From: Mustelus asterias
Lineage: Eukaryota
Assembly (NCBI RefSeq): GCF_964213995.1
Contig: NC_135809.1
Location: forward strand, 47,120,001 to 47,184,000
Reading direction: 5' to 3'
Length of the DNA stretch: 64,000 nucleotides
Position 1 is the stretch's first letter. Every line of letters begins with the position of its first letter. A model generated the notes under the pieces. The model was not told where the DNA came from. It saw only the letters and a list, made by a program, of their open reading frames with translations, and did not search any database. Positions 24,140 to 35,928 of the stretch are shown here, in pieces. The position numbers and the translations under genes are program-made.

Positions 24140-25010
24140 TCTCTTCTCTGCAGTTGCCAGACCAAGAAGATCGTGTCAATCGTAGATCTTCCAGTTCTGC
24201 AACAATGCTGGGATTCAGCGTAGATGTGTTCAGTCAGGATCTGCAATCAGACAGGGGCAACATGCACAAATACCTTTCCCACAACACCTAGTGGGAGATG
24301 CCTGGAATGTTGTTACAATTGCTGTGGCCGCCCTTGCTCTTGTACAATCTTGTCACAATCTTTCCATCATGCATATCCTGTGGCAATGCCCCCTCCCTCC
24401 CTCCCTCCCTCCCTCCCTCCCTCCCTCCCTCCCTCCCTCCCTCCAACAGAGCAGAGAAGTTTGTGCATATGTTGCAGAAGTGCCATTTCTCCATACTTAA
24501 TGAGTTCAGGCAGTAAATACCAGGACCTGGAGCTTTGCCCACACCAAGCAAAGCAAAGCAATAACTTTGCTAATTTCCTCCACTGCAGCTTTGATATTCA
24601 GCTCTTCCATGTCAGGAAGGCTTTTGATTGTGTCCAGAGTTTCCTCAGTGACAGTGTTCTCCCTAGAATTCAACTCAAGGTAGTGTTCTACCCATCTCTC
24701 CAACTGTTTATTGTGATTGCAGTAACCACCCTTACCTTTGTTTTGGCAGAGCCATTTTCTTTGCTGATGGACTTGTTTCCTTTTGAATCATTTCATACAT
24801 GTCCCTGACATTCTCTGTATTAAAGCACATCAGGAATTCTGGCTGAGTTTTAACCAGTAGTCATTGATGCACCGCCTAGCTCTCTGTTGGATTTTACTTC
24901 GAGCGGCTCTTAATGCATTCAGAGTTTTCTCCCTTAGATCTCTCTCTTGTAATGAGGGTGCTTGGCTTCAATGACAGGTTCCACCATAGTGATGTTGGCC
25001 TCACACTGTG
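24140..25010 (-). mobile_element. RTE LINE fragment (N-terminal RT region) containing a (CCCT)n microsatellite at ~24389-24445
   Basis: MERWVEHYLEL, GKAPG, LPQDMHDGKIV..YKSKG..SNCNN..GIS. Confidence 0.8.
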
Positions 25011-25039
25011 AAGGAATATAGATTTGAGTATATAAGATA

Positions 25040-25300
25040 ATGTTGACAAGGTGCATATGAAAAGGATGGTTCCCCTTGTGGGTGAGTCCAGAATGAGGGG
25101 GCACTGTTTTAAAGTTAAGGGTCGCCCTTTTAGGACAGAAATGAGGAGACATGTTTTCCTTCAGAAAAGATGTGTGACTTTGGAACTCTCTGCCTCAGAA
25201 GGCAGTGAAGGCGGGTCATTGAATATTTTTAAGGCAGAGCTAGATTCTTGTTAGGCAAGGGAATCAAAGGTTATCGGGGTAGACAGGATTGTAGAACTCA
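25040..25300 (+). mobile_element. CR1 3' fragment
   Basis: PLVGESRMRGHCFKVKGRPFRTEMRR. Confidence 0.75.
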
Positions 25301-26686
25301 AAAACACTGCTCTGATTCAGGCAGGGATTTCATAGAGACAGAATAACGTATAGACATATTAATGCAAAGTGCCTGAAAGTTTAGAAGAATGGAGCGTTAC
25401 AGTCTGTAGGAATACAATTCCATGAAGACTAATAGGCCCAAGTGATAGAGAGCCAAATAATACAACAGATTGGTAAACTAAACTACTGTTCTATTTCATC
25501 CAGCCTTTGATAATTCCACATCAAAGTAGTGGAATAATTAGCTCCGTTCTGCATGAGATCTTCTTTCTGGGACATCTTCCAAGATGGATCTTCTATCTTC
25601 CCTATCCACTGCAGCGTTGAAAGTTGGTTAATGGCCCACTTATGTTTTTAGTTTTCAGGCAGGTGTCAATGGATTGACTTGCCTCATTGCAAAGTCCTTT
25701 TGTAATACATCCAGTTGCAATGGGAATAGGTCCATCTCAGTCTCAGGCGTTGCATTACCTCTGATCTCAAATAACATATTTATTTGGTGTCTCAGTATCT
25801 GCAGTTGGGATCACATGGTTTCCAAGTACTGTTGATATGCCAGGAAATGATGACAGACTTCCCATTGTTATAGATTGATCATAATACTGTTATATACTCT
25901 CCATTACAAGTATCACACATTTACAATCTGAGAAACCTCAGTTACGCCAGTGGTGGTTGTTTTCCCAAGGTAATGATGATAGTTTTATTAATTTTCTTTA
26001 TATGAAATGCTGATGATTATACATGATGTTTGATTGCTGTTTTCAGGCTTATCTGACATTCTATAAAGGGATTATCGCTGAGGAAACCGATAATGATATA
26101 TTTTATCCACCATTATTTGGCACTACTCCAATATCAATTCTGCAGAAATCCTATTAATGTTTCTCTTGAAACAAAGTAACCTCATGTATATAAAGATTTG
26201 ATAAAGTTTGTGGGTATTTCTCAGATTGTGGTGGGTACCTAATGTAATGGCTGAGCCCTTCCTAATGTTTAAATGGGAGGAAATTGCATGACAACACAGA
26301 AGCCATTCACGGGTTGAGGGAGATGGTGGAGAGGTGGATTTGAGTGTTGCTACCATATGTGCAGTATAGCCAGTGATGGGGAGGGACCCTTCGTATTTTC
26401 CACTCCCCACCTTCCACTACAAAGAAATCAACATCTGCTCTGTGAAAACAATGGATGTGTGTTTGGGGCCCAGACTCTCCTGCACAGCTGGTGCTGCTGG
26501 CAACAGTTGAAATTTATGCAGCATTTTTCACGGCCACCAGACACATTAAATTGCTTTACGGCCAATTAAGTACTTTTGAAGTAAAGCATAATATTGCGGA
26601 TGCTGGAAATCTGAAATAAAAACAGAAAAATGCTGGATAAACTCAGCAGGTCTGGCAGCATCTGTGGAGAGTGAAACAAAGTCAAT

Positions 26687-27712
26687 GGGCTCTATTTTAC
26701 CATTTTGATTCTAAGTGCTGTGCGGACTTGAAACTGGGAGTGTTTCAGATCCGACTTTTAGAATCATTTTCAGGTGCCCCCATACGCACTCTGCCTGCAA
26801 AAATATCAGCGATTCCAAATCGCGCTGCAGAAGCCTGTGGGTGGAGCTTAACATGCCCGAAATTCTGTGGCTCCGATCGGCGCCTCCAACTGTGCATGCG
26901 CAAAAAAAATGATAGAATGCAGCTCCCCTGCCACATCGCTCCCGGACCGGATAATGCCTCCCCCTGGCCCCCACAGACATTGCCCCACTCTCCAAAAAAT
27001 ACTGACCCCCTTATACTCCACCCACTCTGCCACCCAGACCTATCGCGGGCATCTCCCCCCTTCCCCCTCACTGATCTAAGGCAAAGTGGCGGCAGACCCC
27101 CCTTCCCCCTCACTGATCTCAGGCAGAGTGGCAGCGGATCCCCCTTCCCCCCACTGATCTAAGGCAGAGTGGCAGCGGACACCCTTTCCTACTCACTGAT
27201 CTCAGGCAGAAGGGCAGCAGACTCCCCCTCCCCCCTCACTGATCTCAAGCAGAGAGCCATCAAGCCCATCTTCCCCTCCCCACTCTCCCATCGATCTGAA
27301 GCAGAGAGCCATCGGACCCACCTCCCCCCTCCCCCACCACTGATCTCAAACAGAGAGCCGTCGGACGCTCAGCACTTACCTCCCTCATTAACTGGAGAGC
27401 CCGAATCGGACTTTTGTGGAGCATGCCTGTTTCACGTCGATTCTGGATGGATGAACATGGTGGTAAAGGGGGAAGTGCTGGTAAGGTTGGGCGTGCAGCA
27501 ATTAAGTCAATTTAAATGCATGCAAATGCAAATGCATTTAAATGGCCGTTGCACCTGTTTCGGTCGCGGTCCTGATCACAGCCATTTTCAGGCATTGGTA
27601 AAGGGGGAACCAGCACGGAGGCAGGCGCAGATTGTGCTACTCGGCCTCATGCCCGATTTTACCAAGTTTTTGCACCCGAAAACAGCCACAACTTGATGGT
27701 AAATTCGGGTCC
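26687..27712 (+). mobile_element. Harbinger-type MITE copy 3, complete
   Basis: TIRs GGGCTCTATTTTACCAT / ATGGTAAATTCGGGTCC; 3-bp TSD AAT/AGT; ~7 internal tandem units. Confidence 0.85.
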
Positions 27713-27744
27713 AGTGTTTCAAGCCTTTAGGACTCTTCTTGAAC

Positions 27745-27945
27745 AAGCAAAATACCGAGGATGCTGGTAAAACTCAGCAGATGTGACAGCATCTGTAAGG
27801 AGAGAATGTAGAGTTAAAGCAGACATTTTGAGTCCTTTGACTCTTTATCATTCAGATGAAGAACCAAAGGACTCAATACATTAGCTCTATTTCTCTCTCC
27901 TTCCAGATACTGCCAGACCTGCTGAGTTTTTCCAGCATCATCTGA
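27745..27945. mobile_element. Palindromic Penelope pseudo-LTR remnant (family 2); related pieces at 26585-26686 and 29105-29500
   Basis: GATGCTGG...CTCAGCAG...CAGCATCTG arm inverted against CAGATACTGCCAGACCTGCTGAG...CCAGCATC. Confidence 0.65.
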
Positions 27946-28871
27946 CTCTTCTTGTCATTGTTGTAATGTAGGAAACACAAAATGAGGGCAACATTTTTAA
28001 AAATTCGTGCATGGGCTATGGGCTTCATTGGCTACCTGGTGTTGTTAAACTTCTTACTTCATTGGCTACGCCAGCATTTATTGCCAGCACCAATCACTCA
28101 AAACCCTTCATGCATCACTTTCCCCACATGTGGCAGAATCTGCAGATTGCACATTAGACTTATTAGCCACATCAAAATCCATTGAAACAAAGTGGACACA
28201 AGTCTTTTTTAAGCTTTTTATTCCATTCTTAAAGTTACAAAGCCAGGCGGACCCAACTCCATCTCCTTGCTTGCTCCAAAAACCAAATTCAAATTGAATC
28301 CAATTCATGGCCCCTCAAGAGAAACAAACAAGATCAAAGCTGACAAGAAGAGGCATTGCACCCATCTTGGGCTTGATGTTACACTTGATCTTTGAGGCAC
28401 TGCCTAAGAGAAGTAGGAAGCATGACAGTCAACATGCATGCAACCAACACCCACGCACAGAAATGTAATAATCACCAGATAATCTGTTTCTGTAATGTTG
28501 ATGGAGGGATAAATATTAGGCAGGACACCACGGTGAACTCCCCTGCTCTTCTTCGAAATAATGCCATAGGACTTTTTACATCCACTCGAGCAGGCAGATC
28601 TGCTGAATTTTCTACATTACAACAGCAGTTGCTACAGTTGGCTGTGGAGTGCTTTGAAGGATCTAGTATTTGTGAAAGGCAATTCTATTTTTTGTAAAGG
28701 AGGCAGTAAACAAAGTGGAAAAAATGTTTTTCATGCCCCTATGATATTTTTTGCTCTCTCTCTCCTTCTTTGGTTGCTGTCTCCAGCAGTGTCCATATAG
28801 AGGCATTCACTATGTGTGAGATGGCTGTGGAGAGAGACTCTCTTGTGGAGTGTTTGTAAAGTAAAAGCAAA

Positions 28872-29097
28872 AGTGGCACAGTGGTTAGCACTGCAGTCTC
28901 ACAGCACCAGGGACTGCATAGGTTTCCTCTGGGTGCTCTGATTTCCTCCCACAGTCCAAAAGATGTGTTGCTTAGGTGCATTGGCTAAATTCTCCCTCAG
29001 TGTACCCGAACAGGCACCAGAGTGTGGTGACAATGGGAATTTCACAATAAGTTCATTGCAGTGTTAATGTAAGCCTACTTGTGACACTAATAAATAA
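28872..29097 (+). mobile_element. V-SINE variant with alternative tail
   Basis: tRNA-like head TGGCACAGTGGTTAGCAC, V-domain remnant, tail GTAAGCCTACTTGTGACACTAATAAATAAA. Confidence 0.75.
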
Positions 29098-29509
29098 AAC
29101 AAAACACAGTGGACGCTGGAAATCTGAAGCAAAGATCAGAAAATGCTGGGGTGGGATGGCTGTGTGTATATATTATATATATATATGTATATATAGAGAG
29201 AAAGAGAGAGACTCTCTTGTGGAGGGTTTGTAAAATAAAAGCAAAGTACTGCGGATGCTGGAAATCTCAAAACAAAGAACAGAAAATGTTAGGGTGGGGG
29301 AAAATACTCAGTAAGTCTGGCAGCATCTGTGGAGAGAGAAAACAAGTTAATGTGTGGAGTCCAATAGATGACTCTTCTTCAGTTGAGCTACAACAATGAT
29401 AAACTTCAAGAAGAGTTTGGACTGCAACCGTTAACTCGTTATCTTCTCTCTCTAGGGATGCTGCCTGAGCTTTGCTTTTGTGCAGCATATGCTGATATTT
29501 GGAGGGTTG

Positions 29510-29713
29510 CTTCTTCCCTGTTGCCATCGGACTTTTGAATGGACCTACCTCATATTAAGTTGATCTTTCTCAACACCCTAGCTATGACTGTAATACTACA
29601 TTCTGCATTCTCTCCTTTCCTTCTCTATGTACGGTATGCTTTGCCTGTATAGTGGTGCAAGAAACAATGCTTTTCACTGTATATTAATACATATATTAAT
29701 AATAAATCAAATC
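29510..29713 (+). mobile_element. Rex1/Babar 3' UTR fragment
   Basis: Matches 9222-9435. Confidence 0.8.
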
Positions 29714-30159
29714 GTTTATGGGTGCTAACTGTATTCAAAGTGGAATTTTAAGTCTGTAACAGAAATGTTGCTTATTTGGAAGTGAAGCGGACAGAGGCTA
29801 GAAATTGAAGTTGTTCTTTCATTTTTAAATATTGTTCGACTGATAATAGTTAAGCTGCATCATTTGTTAGAGTTATATTTAAACAGTTATTAAATAAATT
29901 TTGGAGTGAAATTTTGGGGTGAAGCATCCTATCCACACATTTATGCTCAAATAGAAATTGTTGGGAGTCTGGCCTGGCTTTCCTCATGTAAGTTAGAATT
30001 TCATAGAAATTCTGGGATTTGAGTAAATTCTGGAGTTTTGGGTCCAGGACCCTAAATGATTGGAAAGGAAGCGGGGGGGGGGGGTGTCAACTAACTCCAC
30101 AAATCCTAAATTAAAAAAAAGCTCTGGCTGCAGGAAAGCTGGAGTTGACTCTTTCTTCG

Positions 30160-30330
30160 AGGAAAGGTTGCGAACTCTGGCGCGTGGGGGTAGGAGGGGA
30201 GGGGCTGGCGCGCACGCGCCGGGCTGCAGCAGCTGTCGTTGCCACGGAGGGAGGGAGGGGAGGGCGAGTGTGACGTCACAATGGCCGGGCGTTCCCGCGG
30301 CGGGCGCGCAGGCGCACGGGCGGCCAGCTG
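30160..30330 (+). promoter_or_regulatory. CpG-island promoter
   Basis: CpG-dense non-repeat region. Palindromic CRE TGTGACGTCACA at 30269-30280, NRF1-like GCGCAGGCGCA at 30306-30316 and GCGCACGCGC at 30210-30219, RFX-like GTTGCCACGG at 30238, GA/Sp-like boxes. Confidence 0.8.
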
Positions 30331-30451
30331 CAGTTGTTAGTTTGTGTTGAGAGCGAGTCGCGCGGAGTTCCGGCTCTCCTGGAGGGAGGGGGGAGGGAAA
30401 ATCCCGCTGCCTCTGTGCGTTCACCTCTCTACCGCCCTCGCAGCCTTTGAC
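30330..30451 (+). other. Probable non-coding first exon of an unidentified host gene (TSS approximate)
   Basis: Follows the promoter motifs and ends at a strong donor GAC|GTGAGT (30452); no ATG in this interval. Confidence 0.6.
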
Positions 30452-33056
30452 GTGAGTACTTTTCCTTGTTATTGTCGCCTCCCGCACGCTTTCAAATCCC
30501 TCGTTTCGCCTCGAGAGCCGCCGCCGGCTGAACCTTTTGCAGCCTTTGTGCCCTTTCTCATTGAGAATAAATCACACCCGCTACCACCCTCCCCACGGTG
30601 AGATTTTTGTTCCAACAGCACCCAGGACGGACTGTGTGCCCCATTCCCGCCCAACTGGGCTGGTTTCTCCTTTACGGGGGTTCCCTTTAAACTCTGGGGC
30701 GTTTTAGTGGCGTTTTCTTCAGAATCGCCCCCCCCCTCCATACCTATATTTTTAACCGTTTTTTTCAAAAAAAAGATATGCAACGTATCAGGAATCCGGA
30801 CACAGTTGGAAGTACAATCGTCAGTCAGATGGTGAATACTTTGCCACTTTTTTTTTGTAATTTGAGTGCACCCACAGTGTGTGAAAGATTAAAATTTGTG
30901 AAAGCCAGACAGACAGGTACGGGCTTTATTTAATTCTTCAACTACCTGAGGGTGAGAGCCCTGAGAAGTGCCACATTTCTTATCCTTCGCGGGGGGGGGG
31001 GGGGGGGTGGGAGTGGGGGGAAGAGACATTCCTATAAACCAAAACCTCTTCCAAAAAAAAACAATGCGCGATGGAAATGCAGGTTTGGATGGAACAATCG
31101 TAGATAACGTTCAGGATACCCTGCTTTTTTTCTCAAAAGAAAACCATGAAATGAATTGAACTTTTAATCACAATCCCATTGAAAATGCTCGGAATGGGAA
31201 GGTCATCAAAGGGATGTCCAGACACTACATAAGGAGAGCCCCCCCTCCCAGTCAGGAATTCACTTTTACTTCTCTTCGAGCCCATCCTCGAACCAGCAGC
31301 TGCACAGCCGTTGCCATGGTTTTGCCAGTCTTGTATCTCACCAGTCCTTTATGACACATCGATTTTTTTTTAAATTCAGGATTTTGGCTGCACTCTGACC
31401 ATATTGTTTACCTATCCCATTGTTGTTTCAGCTGCCTTCTACTGAATTATCTTAATTGCATTGAGGTTCATTTTAAAATGTCACACAGCGATGCCCATCT
31501 TCGAAAACTAGAATGTGATGGTGCACACCAAGCAACATTCTCTTTGTGGTGATTTAATGTTATTTCAGTTACATCGATTATCCTTTCCATCATCCGAATG
31601 TTGAAACAGTTCTTTCTTGGGTCCATTTAAACTTAAGTACATAAAATCTCTCCAGGGTTCAGAAAATACTCGTTTAAGAAACCTGTTTGCCTGCATCATG
31701 CCAATATTTATCCAAATCAGTATGCAAACTTTAATAATCTCAGGTATCTGGTGGGAGTTTATTGGCTTGGATGAAGTATGATTGAGGAGAGCATGTCCAT
31801 GTTGCACACTTTTTTCATAGGGATATGATGGGGGGGACGGGACACATCACGCTTGTATGTAATTGTTTAAGACTGGAATTGGTGCTTTGGTTGGGTTTAG
31901 ATTATACCATTTATACTATTTTATTTCAACTATTATAAAGCGGGGAGGTTGATTTCCCCCTCTACCCCCCCCCCCCCCCGAACTAACACCAAAATCCCAA
32001 AAGGGTTTCGTCTCATAATCTGTAACATGTAGTGTGACCTGTGCTTCAGCAACTTCTTTAACAATGATGAAATACAAAAATATCTGACGCACTCTAAAAT
32101 CAACTCGTAACAATGTATTTATCTAACAGTGAATAACCTTACTAAACTATTAACATACCGAATAAAACAAGATTTTAATGGTATCCTGTTCCAATAAATA
32201 CAATTCCCATTCATTAACAAAACAAAAGAATTTAGTTACACTCTAAATTGCAACCAGGTTTTGTGTCTTCTGGAACATCTGGGAAGGGCCTTCTCTGTTG
32301 ATTCTTCTTTGGTACCTTTGCTATCCAGATGGGGCTTTGAGCTAAGAGCTGGGGCAGTTGCTCACTCCTTTTTGTCCCACTGCCCTTTTTTTTTTAATAC
32401 TTGTATGACATATCAATATTTCCCACAATAGGATTGGCCCTAGGTTGTCAATTTTTTTGGCAAAACAATTAAACCAAATCAAATTAATTGAGGGACAAAT
32501 CAAAAGGGGCAGTGCCCGAAACAATAGACAAAGTAGATGGGAAACTTAAAACATCAAACTAAAATGTGATTAAAGGGGTTGATGACGCACCCCAATCCCA
32601 GTGCTGCCCAGCGGGCATGGAAAGCCTCAACAATGTCCTCGGACACTGCATACTTCCTCTCCAGGGACACTGGCTGCGAATGTAGCCGCAGTATAGGGCA
32701 GACAGTTGGGTCGGATGACCCTCCTCTGTCACCCGCTGCCTGGACCTGTTTAAGGCAAATTTAGCCAGGCCCAAGAGCAGGTTCATGAAGAGGTCCTCCG
32801 CCTTCCCCACCCCCCTCCACACCGGTGTCTGTAGATCAGGAGCGTGGGACTGAAGTGCAAACAAAACATCAAGATTTTTTAAGTAACTAAAAAGGGTGTG
32901 CTGCCTATGACATTCAACGTAGATATGGCTCATGGACTCCATAAGTTTGCAACAAGGGCAGATCTCTTGGGAGCCTGTGAACTAGTGTAACCTTCGATTG
33001 TATGGAACTGCTGCATACACCACCCTCCACCCCAAGATAGTGGGGGAGGATCCCTC

Positions 33057-33478
33057 TGTTGTGGGAAATCACCACTCGGAGTAAGACTTAAAGATTCAAC
33101 ATGCAGTTTATTGGACAAAGCTTTGGGAGAAGTGCTTGGCACCCCGCAGTGCATGCAGTCAACTTTTCCATTTTAGAGCGGCGGTTAGCCTTTTGTACAC
33201 TTTAATCATGCAGACAACAGCAGTTATCTCATCATTAGCTTTGGGTGGTTACACACATTAGCCAATTAGGTCCCCTAGCAACAATGAGTTTCCAAAACCT
33301 TTCCTTCGAAAACAACCGTTAACTAAAACCCACAACTTATTGTTTCGGTTCCGCTTTTTATACAAAAATATGTAGCTCAAAAGTTAGTTCGTTATTGAGT
33401 CAGCAACATTAACCACAGAGCCCAGTAGTCACGTACACATTGGTTTCCAAAAGTCACCGTCTTAATTTTACTCCAGCA
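33057..33478 (-). mobile_element. Solo LTR inserted in Tx1
   Basis: TGTTG...CAGCA termini, approximate TSD CCTC/CCTT, minus-strand AATAAA; absent from the duplicated Tx1 copy at 35045-35246. Confidence 0.7.
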
Positions 33479-34149
33479 CCTTCATTGGAGACCACTGCCG
33501 CTGGATGGCATCAGGGCCTGTCAAGGTGTATCTGGGCGACGGGCAAGGAGACGGTAGTCGAAGGTGTGCAGCAGCAGTCCGTACAGGAAACGCTTCCATG
33601 CAGTGACAAAGGGCACAGAGGGCATTTCCGCGAGGTGGCTCGAGCTGTGAAGCACCTGACCCATGGGAAGGGGGGGAGGTCCAGGTTTTTGGCCAATGTG
33701 AAATTTCATCTGAGCAGGGGTACGCTCAGATGGGATCCCACCGCACAGTTGCGTGCCTCCTTGAGACTTCGGGTCCAAGCGCAACCGTTCTAAGGTCTTA
33801 AATAGCATTGGCTGCGTGCCGGTCAGCCACCCCTGTGCACTGTGAGCTCGTGGAGGTTCATCCAACCCACACCTCCACCACCCAGCACATCCTCGACCCT
33901 GGTCGCTCGGCATCCACAGCCCTCCACTCTGCCAGCCACCTGAAGTTATATTGGTGGAGGAGCAGATTCCTGAGCAGCAGCTCACGATCGATAGTTGCTG
34001 CTCCAGACGGGGGAGAGCAGTGGTGCGAGGCAATCATGTTCCAGACTTTGAGCAGTTCCTGGTAAAAGAGGGGCAACGTTTGCAAGGAATTCCGAAGACC
34101 TTCCAGATCTATGTACAAAAGCTGCACGTCATAATTCAGGCCATGCACT

Positions 34150-34478
34150 TAGAACATAGAAAGCCACAGCACAAACAGGCCCTTCGGCCCACAAGTTGCG
34201 CCGATCACATCCCCACCTCTAGGCCTATCTATAGCCCTCAATCCCATTAAATCCCATGTACTCATCCAGAAGTCTCTTAAAAGACCCCAACGAGTTTGCC
34301 TCCACCACCACCGACGTCAGCCGATTCCACTCACCCACCACCCTCTGAGTGAAAAACTTACCCCTGACATCTCCTCTGTACCTACCCCCCAGCACCTTAA
34401 ACCTGTGTCCTCTCGTAGCAACCATTTCAGCCCTTGGAAATAGCCTCTGAGAGTCTACCCTATCCAGACCTCTCAACA
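34150..34478 (-). mobile_element. CR1 3' fragment (same subfamily as 59086-60798)
   Basis: ORF 34225-34479 is nearly identical to the C-terminus of ORF 59164-60768. Confidence 0.92.
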
Positions 34479-35928
34479 CTTGGCGGAAGAAATACGTCGC
34501 CAGGGCACACCATAGTGGAGGAGTAAAGGTATCTCTGTAGGATCTGAAGGCAGAAGGTTGCCACCTGGGTGCGAAGCCACACCAGCACCTGACCCCTCCC
34601 TACCTCCCTAAGCGGGAGATTCAGAACTGCAACAGTGCAGCTTATTTTCCCAGAAGAACCAGACAAAGGTTCTCTGGATGTTTGTGACAAAGTCAGGGGG
34701 AGGGGTCAAAGTGACCAGCTGGAACCACAGCATGGAGGCAATCAGTTGGTTTATGACAAGAACTCGTGCCCTGTAAGACAGCGCTCGGAGCAGTCCTGTC
34801 CAGCGACTCAGGCGAGTGGTGACTTTGGCCTCCAGCTCTTGCCAGTTCGCTGGCCTAGATTCCTCAGCTGGGCAATGATGGACTCCCAAGTGGATGCTGG
34901 TCTTGTTCCAGGTGAAAGGCCTGAGCTCCTCTGTAAGGGGGTCCATCTGCCACAGACCGATCAGGAGTCGGGAGAACTTGACCCAGGTGATCCTGGTAGA
35001 GGATGCGGCAAAGTACACGATCTGACACTATTGCATCGCAGGCGGGCCCTGATGCCATCCAGCAGCCGAGGTCCCCAATGGAGGAATCCTCCCTCACCAT
35101 CTTGGGGACCTGGGGTGGAGGGTGGTGTATGCAGCAGTTTCATACAATCGAAGGTTACACCAGTTCACGGGCTCCCAAGAGATATGCCCTTGTTGCAAAC
35201 GTATGGAGTCCGTGAGCCACATCTATGTTGAATGTTATAGGCTGCATCCAGCCGAGTCTATGAACATGAGCATGTCATCAGCGTAAACTGACAGGTTGTC
35301 AAAGCCATCAGATTTAAATTTAATAGGTTCTTGGTATCTAAGTGCCTAATTCAAATTGACAATGCAAAAAAATTTAAAAGTCTGTTGTCTTGGTAACACT
35401 GCTGCTTGGCCTTTCGATACAAATGTTTCATTTTAGACATTCTTATGTGCTTGCAATTTTAACCTCCAAGCACAAAGTAAACCAACATTTTTCAACAGAA
35501 CTATGCAATGCTTTCTTATCATTTCACAAACGCCAATCTACAGTTACTCTACCCAACTTCACAACACAACCGCTTGCATCTGTTTATTGAGATTTTTTTT
35601 TACCCCCCCACAAAACTAGTGGTAGCTGGGAAGGTCGATTATTTTTACAAGAACAGGAGGTCAACTCAATTTAACAGTTTATTTGTTCTTAGATGGAATT
35701 GTTTAATGTAATCTGTCTTTTAAAGCAGAAGTCTCGTTGCAGAGAAGTAGGTGGACAGTGAGATTAGTGTAAGGGCTGATTGCTGTAAATAAACATTCCT
35801 GAAGTCGGTTACTGTGGCAATCAACATGACACATGTTCTGTTCGCAATTCCTTTTCCTCTCCATACCAAGACTGAGAAGATGGTCTGGCTTGTTTGGAAC
35901 ACTGTTGTTCCAAACCAGCTAAATATAT

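Larger units (their letters stand above)
26545..28600 (-). mobile_element. DeuSINE (SacSINE1/AmnSINE-like) split by Penelope, MITE and other insertions
   Basis: Pieces GCTTTACGGCCAATTAAGTACTTTTGAAGT (~26553), GTCATTGTTGTAATGTAGGAAAC (~27955) and CCAGATAATCTG...GAACTCCCCTGCTCTTCTTCGAAATA (~28475-28560) match the Deu-SINE consensus as recalled. Confidence 0.6.
32385..35300 (-). mobile_element. Tx1/L1-clade LINE 3' half, decayed
   Basis: VYADD (~35280), WQELEAKV..RLSRW..LSYRARVLVINQLIASMLW, zinc finger CPCC...HIYVEC, poly-A end at ~32385. Confidence 0.85.

Noticed and set aside
24224-24808. 194-aa Pro/Ser-rich ORF
   Set aside because: Antisense frame of an RTE fragment plus a (CCCT)n microsatellite.
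10070-25010. The two RTE fragments as one element split by 12 kb of insertions
   Set aside because: Same strand and collinear, but the intervening RT segment is missing and the junctions could not be verified.
27069-27365. CRISPR-like repeat/spacer pattern
   Set aside because: Spacers are C-rich variants of one unit inside a MITE; no cas genes; vertebrate context.
29993-30783. ORFs of 85-164 aa over the CpG island
   Set aside because: Low-complexity GC-rich frames with no recognisable domain, as expected by chance in CpG islands.
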